From positions 192,001 to 256,000 of the forward strand of contig CAVQXP010000004.1 of assembly GCA_963717935.1 (NCBI GenBank): DNA of 64,000 nucleotides, written 5' to 3'. The translations under genes and the position numbers were made by a program. Below, one piece after another: positions 20,924-29,020 of this stretch; positions within the stretch are counted from its first letter, which is position 1; every line of letters begins with the position of its first letter. Source of the DNA: Candidatus Eiseniibacteriota bacterium (GTDB taxonomy: Bacteria > Eisenbacteria > RBG-16-71-46). A model generated the notes under the pieces. It was not told the DNA's origin. It saw only the letters and a list, made by a program, of their open reading frames with translations, and did no database searches.

Positions 20924-22453
20924 CTACGCCTTCGGGTCGCGGCGGATCTCCTGCACCAGCTGGCGGTCCGGGTCGTAGATGCGCGCGATCAGCGGCATCT
21001 CCCCGGGCAGCGCGTGCGTGGCGCAGCCGAAGCACGGGTCGTAGGCGCGGAACGCCATCTCGACCATGTTCAGCAGACCGTCGGTGACCTTGCCCTTCGA
21101 GATCAGGCCCTTGGCGGCCTTGTCCACGCTCATCGCGATGCGGGCCGCGTTGTTCTGGGTCGCGACGATGAGGTTCGCCATCGTGATGATGCCGTTCTCA
21201 TCGGTCTCGTAGTGGTGGAACAGCGTGCCCCGCGGCGCCTCGACCACGCCGATGCCCACCGAGGGCTTCTGGGTCGGGATGGTGCGGATGTCCTGGCTGA
21301 TGATGTCCGGGTCGTCCAGCAGCTCCACCATGCGCTCGGCCGCCTGGAGGATCTCGACGCACCGCGCCCAGTGGTTCGCCAGCGTGTGGTGCACCGGCTT
21401 CCCGCCGAGCGTGGCGTAGAGCTCCTCGTAGGCCTTCTGCGCCAGCGGCGTCGCCATGCCGTCCGAGGCGTTCAGCCGGGCCATCGGCGCGACCGCGAAC
21501 AGGCTGGTCCCCGGCCCGTCCACGAAGCCCTTCCAGCCCAGCGGCTTCAGGAACGGGAACTTGATGTAGCTCCACTCCTCGACGTGCTCGCCGACGTAGT
21601 CGCGGTACTTCTGCACCGGGAACTTCGCGTACTCCTTGCCGGCCGGGTCCACGACGCGGATCAGGCCGTCGTAGAAGTTCACCTTGTTGTTCGCGTCCAC
21701 CAGGCCCATGTAGTGGGTCTTGTGCGTGTACGCGTCCGAGGTGATCAGTTTCACGTACTCCGGGTTCTTCAGGACGATGTCCTTGAACACCTGCAGCGTG
21801 AACTGCGCGAACCCGACCGACTCCTTCGCCAGTTCCTTGAACCTCGGCAGGTCGGACGGCGCCAGGCCCTTCGACACGCCCCCGGGCAGGCCGAGCACCG
21901 GGTGGATCACCTTGCCGCCGAAGTACGCGATCAGATCGCGCACGCGCCGGCGCATGCTGATGACCTGCTTGCCGACCTCGACGCCGACCGTCTCGATCAC
22001 GCCGACCACGTTGCGCTTCGCCGCGGGCGCGTCCGGCCCCACGATGAAGTCCGGCCCACCCAGGATGTAGACGTGCAGCGCGTGGTCCTCGAACGTGAAG
22101 GCGTTGTACACCAGCTCGCGGATCTTCCTCGCCGCGGGCGGCGGCTCGACCTTGTAGAGGTCGTCCAGCGCCTTGGTGGCGGCCATGTGGTGCGCCGTGG
22201 GGCAGACCCCGCAGATGCGGCTGGTGATCTGCGGCATGTCCTCCGCGGGCCGGCCGATGCTGAACACCTCGAATCCCCGCAGCTCGGGGATCTGCAGGTA
22301 GGCGTGCTCCACGTCACCCTGCTCGTCCAGGAAGATGTCGATCTTCCCGTGCCCCTCGAGGCGGGTGATCGGATCGATGGTGATGCGCTTGCCATTGGCG
22401 ACGGCGGCGGCCCCGGTGTCGCCCTTCGAGACTGATCCAGTGACTGGGTTCAT
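20924..22453 (-). CDS. mvhA: [NiFe]-hydrogenase large subunit, group 3 (MvhA-type)
   Basis: DPITRLEGHGK, ELRGFE, RICGVC (L1), EAPRGTLFHHY, RAYDPCFGCATH (L2) with cleavable C-terminal tail. Confidence 0.93.
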   Translation of the reverse strand: MNPVTGSVSKGDTGAAAVANGKRITIDPITRLEGHGKIDIFLDEQGDVEHAYLQIPELRGFEVFSIGRPAEDMPQITSRICGVCPTAHHMAATKALDDLYKVEPPPAARKIRELVYNAFTFEDHALHVYILGGPDFIVGPDAPAAKRNVVGVIETVGVEVGKQVISMRRRVRDLIAYFGGKVIHPVLGLPGGVSKGLAPSDLPRFKELAKESVGFAQFTLQVFKDIVLKNPEYVKLITSDAYTHKTHYMGLVDANNKVNFYDGLIRVVDPAGKEYAKFPVQKYRDYVGEHVEEWSYIKFPFLKPLGWKGFVDGPGTSLFAVAPMARLNASDGMATPLAQKAYEELYATLGGKPVHHTLANHWARCVEILQAAERMVELLDDPDIISQDIRTIPTQKPSVGIGVVEAPRGTLFHHYETDENGIITMANLIVATQNNAARIAMSVDKAAKGLISKGKVTDGLLNMVEMAFRAYDPCFGCATHALPGEMPLIARIYDPDRQLVQEIRRDPKA

Positions 22454-22513
22454 AGGCTTGCCTTCTCCGGTTTCAAGGGGTCCGCCGTCGGTTCCCTGCG
22501 ATATCACGATGGG

Positions 22514-23404
22514 TCAACGTCCACCTCCGCCGCTCCCCGCGCTGGAGAGCGCCGGCATGGCGTTGACGAGCTCCGAGCCGATGCCCAGCTTCCCGGGCGG
22601 GACGCCGAGCGCCAGCCCGATCAACTGCGTGAAATAGAGCACCGGCACGTTGAGGTTCGTTCCGAACTCGCTGTTGACCTGCTTCTGGTAGCACTCCAGG
22701 TTGACCTGGCAGAGCGGACAGGCCGTGGCGATGATCGCCGCGCCGGACTGCACCGCGTTCTCCAGCAGGTTCCGGACCAGGCTGAGCGCCGCCTCGCGGT
22801 TGGTGATCAGCAGCGCGCCGCCGCAGCAACGGAGCTTGAGCAGGTACTCCACCGGATCCGCGCCGATCGCCGTCATCAGGTCCTCGAAGAAACGCGGGGA
22901 CTCGACGTCCTCGTGGTCCTTGCGGGGCCTCAGGATCTGGCAGCCGTAGTACGGCGCCACCTTGAGGCCGGTCAGCGGCCGGCGCACGCGCTTCTTGATC
23001 TCCTCCAGCCCGACGTCGTTCACCAGCACGTCGATCAGGTGGCGCACCTCGGAGGTCCCCGCGAACTTCAGGTCGTCCTCGGCCAGCGCCTCGTTGATGT
23101 GCTCCATGAGGTCCGGCTCGCGCTTGAGGTGCTTGCGGGCCGCGTACATGTTCTTGTAGCAGCCGCTGCAGGGCGCGATCACGTCCAGCTTCGATTGCTC
23201 GGCGATGGCGAGATTGCGGGCGCACAGCGTGTACGCGAGCAGCTCGTCGATGTTGAAGTAGGTGGTCGCGCCACAGCAGTTCCAGTCCTCGATCTCCTCC
23301 AGCTCGACATCGAGGGCGCGCGTCGTCGCGATCGCGGAGTCGTGATAGCTCCGCGCCATCTTCTCCAGCGAGCAGCCCGGGAAGTAGGCGTACTTCCTGG
23401 TCAT
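22514..23404 (-). CDS. hdrB: Heterodisulfide reductase subunit B
   Basis: YAYFPGCSL, DWNCCGA, PCSGC, YYGCQ, RCCGG, ACPLCQVNL, PVLYFTQLIGLA; ATG at 23404. Confidence 0.92.
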   Translation of the reverse strand: MTRKYAYFPGCSLEKMARSYHDSAIATTRALDVELEEIEDWNCCGATTYFNIDELLAYTLCARNLAIAEQSKLDVIAPCSGCYKNMYAARKHLKREPDLMEHINEALAEDDLKFAGTSEVRHLIDVLVNDVGLEEIKKRVRRPLTGLKVAPYYGCQILRPRKDHEDVESPRFFEDLMTAIGADPVEYLLKLRCCGGALLITNREAALSLVRNLLENAVQSGAAIIATACPLCQVNLECYQKQVNSEFGTNLNVPVLYFTQLIGLALGVPPGKLGIGSELVNAMPALSSAGSGGGGR

Positions 23405-23982
23405 TTCTCCTCCACCGGGACGATCTTCCGGACCATCCGCTTGAAGTTCTCCAGCCGCTTGATCCGGGCCGGCAGCACCGGCATGCGGCCCTTGAGCATC
23501 AGGCCGGTCGCGGTCGCCGCTTCCTGCAGCATGTCCTGGAAGCCGAAGGAGAACAGATAGGTCGTCGCCAGTACCGGCTCGTAGGACCGGCCGCTCTTCA
23601 TGATGGTCTGGATGAACGTCTCGGAGAACGTCGGACCGATCAGGTCCTTGGCGTACTCGCTCTTCCAGATCGAGTACCTCTTCAGCGCGTACATCAGCTC
23701 CGCGATGTCGATCCCCCGCGGGCACCGCACCGTGCACATGTAGCACGACGAGCAGTACCAGTAGGTGTTCGCCCGGAGCGTGTCATCCTTCCGGTTCGCC
23801 CGGATCATCGCGATGATCCGTCGAGGCGTGTGGCTCATGAACCCGCCGGAGGCCACCGGGCAGGACCCGGAGCACGTCCCGCACTGGATGCAGGTGTTCA
23901 CCGGGTTGCTGGTGGAGGCGTGGAGGAGGTTGTTGATCTCCCCGATGAAATCCAGCCTGGTCTCCATGGTCTCGGTGCTCAT
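23401..23982 (-). CDS. hdrC: Heterodisulfide reductase subunit C
   Basis: CIQCGTCSGSCP and WYCSSCYMCTVRCPRGI. Confidence 0.9.
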   Translation of the reverse strand: MSTETMETRLDFIGEINNLLHASTSNPVNTCIQCGTCSGSCPVASGGFMSHTPRRIIAMIRANRKDDTLRANTYWYCSSCYMCTVRCPRGIDIAELMYALKRYSIWKSEYAKDLIGPTFSETFIQTIMKSGRSYEPVLATTYLFSFGFQDMLQEAATATGLMLKGRMPVLPARIKRLENFKRMVRKIVPVEEK

Positions 23983-24401
23983 TTCTTCTCGCTTGCCTTC
24001 GCGCTCGCCGCCTTCAGCAGGGCCTCGATCCGCTCCAGCAGGAGACGCGGCTCGACCGGCTTCTCCATCAGTTCGTCCACCTCGACGAAGTGGGGGTGCA
24101 GCGCCTGGCTGCCGAACAGGAAGGCGATCTGCTCCCGGATGCCCGTCATGATCAGGACGGGGATCTCGCGCAGCTTGGGGTCCCGGCTCATCTTGCGCGC
24201 GATCATGACGCCCTCGGCGCCGCGCCCCATCATGATGTCGAGCAGCAGCAGGTCGTACTTCTTCTTCTGCAGCGCCGCGAGGCCGTCCTTCGGGTTGTGG
24301 GCGACATCGACGTCGTACTGGGCGGCCGTCAGGATGGACTTGATGCCATCGACGAAATCGGGATCGTCGTCGATCATCAGCAGCTGCTTGCGATCGCTCA
24401 T
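23979..24401 (-). CDS. Single-domain response regulator (REC only)
   Basis: LLMIDDD, LLLLDIMM, IMTG, EKP. Confidence 0.92.
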   Translation of the reverse strand: MSDRKQLLMIDDDPDFVDGIKSILTAAQYDVDVAHNPKDGLAALQKKKYDLLLLDIMMGRGAEGVMIARKMSRDPKLREIPVLIMTGIREQIAFLFGSQALHPHFVEVDELMEKPVEPRLLLERIEALLKAASAKASEKK

Positions 24402-25561
24402 CGCTGGTCTCCGGGATCACGGGTGGATGGGGCAGCCGGTGCCTCTCCGGGCGGGCGGGTGCTCTCTGCGGTATGCACGGGCAGGCGGACGATGAACGTC
24501 GTCCCCTTGCCGATCTGGCTCTCGACCGAGATGGTGCCGTGGTGGGATTCGATGATCCGGCGCGTGAGCGCCAGCCCCAGACCGCACCCCGCCTCGGCGT
24601 CGGGGCCGACCTTGCCACGGTAGAACGCGTCGAAGACGAAGGGCACGTCCTCCGCCGCGATGCCGACACCGGTGTCGGCGACCGAGACCACGACCTGGTC
24701 GGCCTCCACCCCGGCGCCCACGGCGACCCTGCCCCCCGCGTGCGTGTACTTGACGGCATTGCCGATCAGGTTGACCAGCGCCTCGGTCAGGATCGTCTCG
24801 TCCCCGAGCACCTGCGGCAGCGAACCCGGCGTCGAATCCGTGATCGCGATGTCCTTGCGCGTCGCGTGCGGCTGCACGCTCTCGATCGCCCTGGCGATCG
24901 CGGCCTGGACCGAAACGGACACGAAGTCGTCGCCGATCTTCCCATCGGGGACCGACACGGCCCTCAGCCAGCTCTGGATCATCTTGAGCAGGTCGGCGAT
25001 CCGGACCTTGAGGCGTTCGAGACGGCCCTTCTGCGACTCGTTGAGCTGGGGCTCCAGCTCGGCCGTGAGCACGAACAGGTTCTGCTGGACCGCGCTCAGG
25101 GGCGAGCGCAGCTCGTGGGAGATGATCGCCGCGAAGTTCTGCTGCAGCATCTCCTTCTCCCGGCGCAGCGTGATGGCCTCCAGCACGAGCCGCCGGCGCT
25201 CGATTCCGCGCTGGACGATCAGGCGCAATTCGTCGGGCGTGAAAGGCTTGGGCAGGAAGTCGAACGCCCCCCTCTTCATCGCCTCGACCGCGGACTCCAC
25301 CGTCGAGAATCCGGTGATGACGATGGTCACGATCGTCGGGTCGACGCCGCGCAGCCCCTCCAGCACCTCGAACCCGGAGATGCCCGGCATCATCAGGTCC
25401 ACCAGGACCAGGTCCGGCGCGAACCCCTCCGCCATCTTCAGGCCCTCGGTCCCGTCCGGGGCCGTGGCGATCTCGTAGCCCCCGCCCTCCAGCACCGCGA
25501 GGCAGGAATCGAGGACGATCTCCTCGTCGTCGATGATCAGGATCTTGCTGGGCTTCTCCAC
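24398..25561 (-). CDS. Cytoplasmic hybrid REC-HisKA-HATPase kinase
   Basis: ILIIDDE...LVDLMMPG...FLPKPF then ISHELRSPL, NLIGNAVKY, DTGVGI, GCGLGL; GTG start. Confidence 0.9.
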   Translation of the reverse strand: MEKPSKILIIDDEEIVLDSCLAVLEGGGYEIATAPDGTEGLKMAEGFAPDLVLVDLMMPGISGFEVLEGLRGVDPTIVTIVITGFSTVESAVEAMKRGAFDFLPKPFTPDELRLIVQRGIERRRLVLEAITLRREKEMLQQNFAAIISHELRSPLSAVQQNLFVLTAELEPQLNESQKGRLERLKVRIADLLKMIQSWLRAVSVPDGKIGDDFVSVSVQAAIARAIESVQPHATRKDIAITDSTPGSLPQVLGDETILTEALVNLIGNAVKYTHAGGRVAVGAGVEADQVVVSVADTGVGIAAEDVPFVFDAFYRGKVGPDAEAGCGLGLALTRRIIESHHGTISVESQIGKGTTFIVRLPVHTAESTRPPGEAPAAPSTRDPGDQR

Positions 25562-25563
25562 GC

Positions 25564-27564
25564 TTACGCCGCCTCCACCAGCGACAACGGCAGGCTCACC
25601 ACGAACGTGGTGCCCTTGCCGACCGTACTCTGGACCGCGATGGTCCCCCGGTGCTCCTTGACGATCCCGTAGCTGATCGCCAGCCCCAGCCCCGTGCCGC
25701 GACGCGCCCCCTTCGTCGTGAAGAAGGGATCGAAGATCCGCTCCAGGTCCGCCTCCTTGATGCCGCAGCCGGTGTCGGCGAACTCGAACTCGAGGAACCG
25801 GCCCGATGCGTCCATCCGGGTCGTCAGCGTCAGACGGCCGTCCGTGGGCGTCGCCTCCGCCGCGTTGATGATCAGGTTCATGAAGACCTGCTGCATCTGC
25901 GACGGATCCATCGGCACCGGGGGCAGGTTCTCGCCGAATCGCTTCACCAGCTCGATGTTGTGGAACAGCGCCTGGTTGGCTACCAGCGAGATGCACTCCT
26001 GCAGCACCGCGTTCACGTTGCACGGACGCTCGTCGGGCTTGCTCTGGCGCGAGAAGTCCAGCAGCCCGCGGACGATCTTGCGGCAGCGATTCGCCTGCGT
26101 GACGATCTTCTGCAGCGACGAGCGCGTGGAGCCCTCGCCCGGGTTCTTTTCCAGCAGCAGCTGCGAGTAGGTCACGATGCCCGTGAGCGGGTTGTTGATC
26201 TCGTGCGCCACGCCGGCGGCGAGCTGCCCGATGATGGCGAGCCGCTCGGACTCCATGACCTTGCGTGCGGTCTGTTCCTTGAGCTGCTCGTCCCGTTTCT
26301 TCAGGGCCGCGGCCATGCCGTTGAAGGTCTCGGCCAGTTCCTGGAACTCGTCGCCCGAACGGATCTCGACACGCTGGTCCAGGTTCCCGCACGCGAGCTG
26401 CTCCGCTCCGGCGACGAGATGTTCCAGCGAGTTGGAGATGCGCCGCGAGAGGTAGTGGGACAGCGTGAGCGCCAGCAGCGAGCCGACCAGCGTGACCGCC
26501 AGGAACACGAACACGGTGCGGCGGCGGACCTCGACGTACTTGCCCTCGAGCAGCCCCACGTACAGCATGCCGATGATGGCGCCACCGTAGTCCCGGATCG
26601 GCTCGTACGCGGTGATGGACCAGTCCCGGACGACGTAGGCACGGTGGATCCAGTGCTGGCCGCCCCGCACGACCCGGTTGTAGACGTTCTCGGCGGCTCG
26701 CGTGCCGACCGCCCGCGAGCCGTCCGCGGTCAGGACGTTGGTCGAGATCCGCAGGTCGTCCTGGAAGATGGTCGCCGTCCCCATGTCGCGCCCGCGGTAC
26801 TGCAGGCCCTGGAACACGGTCTGCTTGATCTTGTCCACCATCTCGTGGTTGCGGTTCAGCAGCACGCCCCCGTAGACGACGCCGACGAAGCGATGGTCGA
26901 AGTCGAACACCGGCGCCGCCGCCTTGAGCATCATGCCGTCGGTCGAGCGCCTTTCGGGGCGCACCCGCGCCTTCTCCGTCGGGATCAACTCGATCGTCGC
27001 CCGCGCGGCCAGCTGCGGCGACTCCCTGGCCAGGTCGGCGGTCGGGACCAGGACGGTCGCGGAGACGGGCACGTGCTGCTGCAGCACCGCGCGCACCAGT
27101 TGGTCCTGGCTCTGGTCGTCACCGAAGAGGACCGGGTTGGTCGTGCGCAGCCGCACGATGCCCGCCGCATCGGTCACGGTCAGGACGTCGAGACGCTCCT
27201 GCTCGCGGATGTCCGCCAGCCGCTGCACCAGCCACTCGCGGCCCTCGGCGGACGCCAGGGAGCGGACGAAGTCCCGGTCCGAGACGAAGCGGACCGCATC
27301 GGTGATCCTCAGCAGGTTGTTCTGGTAGATCTCCCGGGCGGAGTTGAGATCCGTGCGCACCTTCTCCTGGGCCTGTTCCACGAAGCGGTCGCCGATGACC
27401 CACGTGCCCACCAGGCTGAGGATCAGGCTGATCAGGATGATGATCAGCAGGAAGCTCAGCTCCAGCTTGGCGCCGATGCGCAGATGGAACAGCCGCGCCA
27501 GGCCGCCGCCTTCACGCGGTGGCCTGTTGCGCAGGCTGTCCAGGATGGTGGTCAGGATGTTCAC
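25564..27564 (-). CDS. Membrane sensor histidine kinase (Cache-type periplasmic domain, HAMP, HisKA, HATPase)
   Basis: Two TM segments; GTATIFQDDLRISTNV...RAVGT, AYEPIRD..IIGMLYVG; DEFQELAETFNGM; AHEINNPL; FDPFFTTK..GTGLGL. Confidence 0.92.
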   Translation of the reverse strand: MNILTTILDSLRNRPPREGGGLARLFHLRIGAKLELSFLLIIILISLILSLVGTWVIGDRFVEQAQEKVRTDLNSAREIYQNNLLRITDAVRFVSDRDFVRSLASAEGREWLVQRLADIREQERLDVLTVTDAAGIVRLRTTNPVLFGDDQSQDQLVRAVLQQHVPVSATVLVPTADLARESPQLAARATIELIPTEKARVRPERRSTDGMMLKAAAPVFDFDHRFVGVVYGGVLLNRNHEMVDKIKQTVFQGLQYRGRDMGTATIFQDDLRISTNVLTADGSRAVGTRAAENVYNRVVRGGQHWIHRAYVVRDWSITAYEPIRDYGGAIIGMLYVGLLEGKYVEVRRRTVFVFLAVTLVGSLLALTLSHYLSRRISNSLEHLVAGAEQLACGNLDQRVEIRSGDEFQELAETFNGMAAALKKRDEQLKEQTARKVMESERLAIIGQLAAGVAHEINNPLTGIVTYSQLLLEKNPGEGSTRSSLQKIVTQANRCRKIVRGLLDFSRQSKPDERPCNVNAVLQECISLVANQALFHNIELVKRFGENLPPVPMDPSQMQQVFMNLIINAAEATPTDGRLTLTTRMDASGRFLEFEFADTGCGIKEADLERIFDPFFTTKGARRGTGLGLAISYGIVKEHRGTIAVQSTVGKGTTFVVSLPLSLVEAA

Positions 27565-28532
27565 CCTTGCGTCGGCACCTTTCTGCGGAGCAGCGACTTG
27601 GCCAGCCCGTAGCGATAGAACGTCCCCACCGGGTCGGGGATGCCGGAGAGGACCTGGTCGATGGCGCCCTGCTCCTTGGGCTCGACGTTCGACGCCACCG
27701 AGGAGAGGATCTTGGCGCCCTGGTCCTTCACCCGGGAGGTCGGACCGAAGCAGCCCGTGCAGGGCATGTTGCCCTGGATGCAGACCGCCTCGCAGCCGCC
27801 CCGTGTCGCCGGACCCATGCAGATGACACCCTGCGCCAGGATGCACTTCTCCGGATCGATCACCACCTGGTGCGGCCGCTTGAACTCGGTGAACCCCAGG
27901 TCGGTGGGCTTGCTCGCCTTGCGCGGGCATTCGTCACAGAGCGCGATGTCGGGGGCCAGCACGGTCCCCTTCGGCGGCAGCTTGCCCTCCAGCAGCGCGC
28001 CGACTGCGGCCTTCGTCAGCTTGGGCGTGGGCGGGCAGCCCGGGATGTAGTAGTCCACGTCCACCACCTGGTCGAGCGAGCGGACCACCTCGCGCAGCTG
28101 CGGAAGCCGCAGAGCGTGGCCGGCGTCCGTGGACGAGACCTGCGGGCGCGTCCCCGCCGCGTTCGCCGTCGACGGGCCGTCGTGGTAGGCGAACTTGAGG
28201 ATGTCCTCGAGCTGGAACTGGTTGGCCAGCCCCGGGATGCCACCCGCGGCCGAGCAGGCGCCGTAGGCGATCAGGTACTGGCTCTTGCGCCGCAGCAGGT
28301 GCGCCATCTCCTCCTGCTCGGAGGTGCGGATGGCGCCGTTCAGGAACGTGGCGACGATGGACTTGTCCGGCATCGCCTCGACGTCCTTCTTCTTGAAGTC
28401 CATCGCGCAGGGCCAGAAGATGATGTCCACCGCCTCGACCACGCCGAGGATGTCCTCGGCCAGGTCCACGATGGCCTCTTCGCAGCCGCCGCAGGACGCG
28501 CACCAGTAGAACGCGACTTTCGGCTTGCTCAT
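27561..28532 (-). CDS. mvhG: [NiFe]-hydrogenase small subunit (MvhG-type)
   Basis: WCASCGGC, AYGACSAAGGIPGL, IPGCPP, LCDECP, CILAQGVICMGPATRGGCEAVC...PCTGCFGP. Confidence 0.92.
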   Translation of the reverse strand: MSKPKVAFYWCASCGGCEEAIVDLAEDILGVVEAVDIIFWPCAMDFKKKDVEAMPDKSIVATFLNGAIRTSEQEEMAHLLRRKSQYLIAYGACSAAGGIPGLANQFQLEDILKFAYHDGPSTANAAGTRPQVSSTDAGHALRLPQLREVVRSLDQVVDVDYYIPGCPPTPKLTKAAVGALLEGKLPPKGTVLAPDIALCDECPRKASKPTDLGFTEFKRPHQVVIDPEKCILAQGVICMGPATRGGCEAVCIQGNMPCTGCFGPTSRVKDQGAKILSSVASNVEPKEQGAIDQVLSGIPDPVGTFYRYGLAKSLLRRKVPTQG

Positions 28533-29020
28533 TTGGCCTCCTGCATTCCGGCGTGGGCGTGGGCCTCCGCCTCGCTCATCACCTCGCGGTCCCACGCCTG
28601 GAACTGCCCGGGCAGGTCGAGCGGACCGAGCGCCTTGACCTTCTCCACCATGTCGTTGACCACCGACTTGACCTTGTCGCCCTCGGCGGCCGAGATCCAC
28701 TCCAGCCGCAGCCGCCCCGGCTCGATGCCCATGTCGCGGAGCATCCGCTGGAGGAGCTCGAACCGGCGCAGCATCTTGTAGTTGCCTTCACCGTAGTGGC
28801 AGTCACCAGGATGGCAGCCGCCGATGAGCACGCCGTCGGCGCCCTTGGCGAAGGCATCCATGATGAACTGCGGGTCCACGCGGCCCGAGCACATCAGCCG
28901 GATGGTCCGGATGTTGGCCGCGTACTTCATGCGCGACACGCCGGCCAGGTCCGCCGCCGTGTAGGTGCACCAGTTGCAGAAGAACGCGACGATCCGCGGC
29001 TCCCAGGGTTTGTCATTCAT
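28529..29020 (-). CDS. mvhD: Methyl-viologen-reducing hydrogenase delta subunit [2Fe-2S]
   Basis: FFCNWCTYTAADLAG, MCSGRVD, GCHPGDCHY, RLRLEWISAAEG. Confidence 0.95.
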   Translation of the reverse strand: MNDKPWEPRIVAFFCNWCTYTAADLAGVSRMKYAANIRTIRLMCSGRVDPQFIMDAFAKGADGVLIGGCHPGDCHYGEGNYKMLRRFELLQRMLRDMGIEPGRLRLEWISAAEGDKVKSVVNDMVEKVKALGPLDLPGQFQAWDREVMSEAEAHAHAGMQEAK

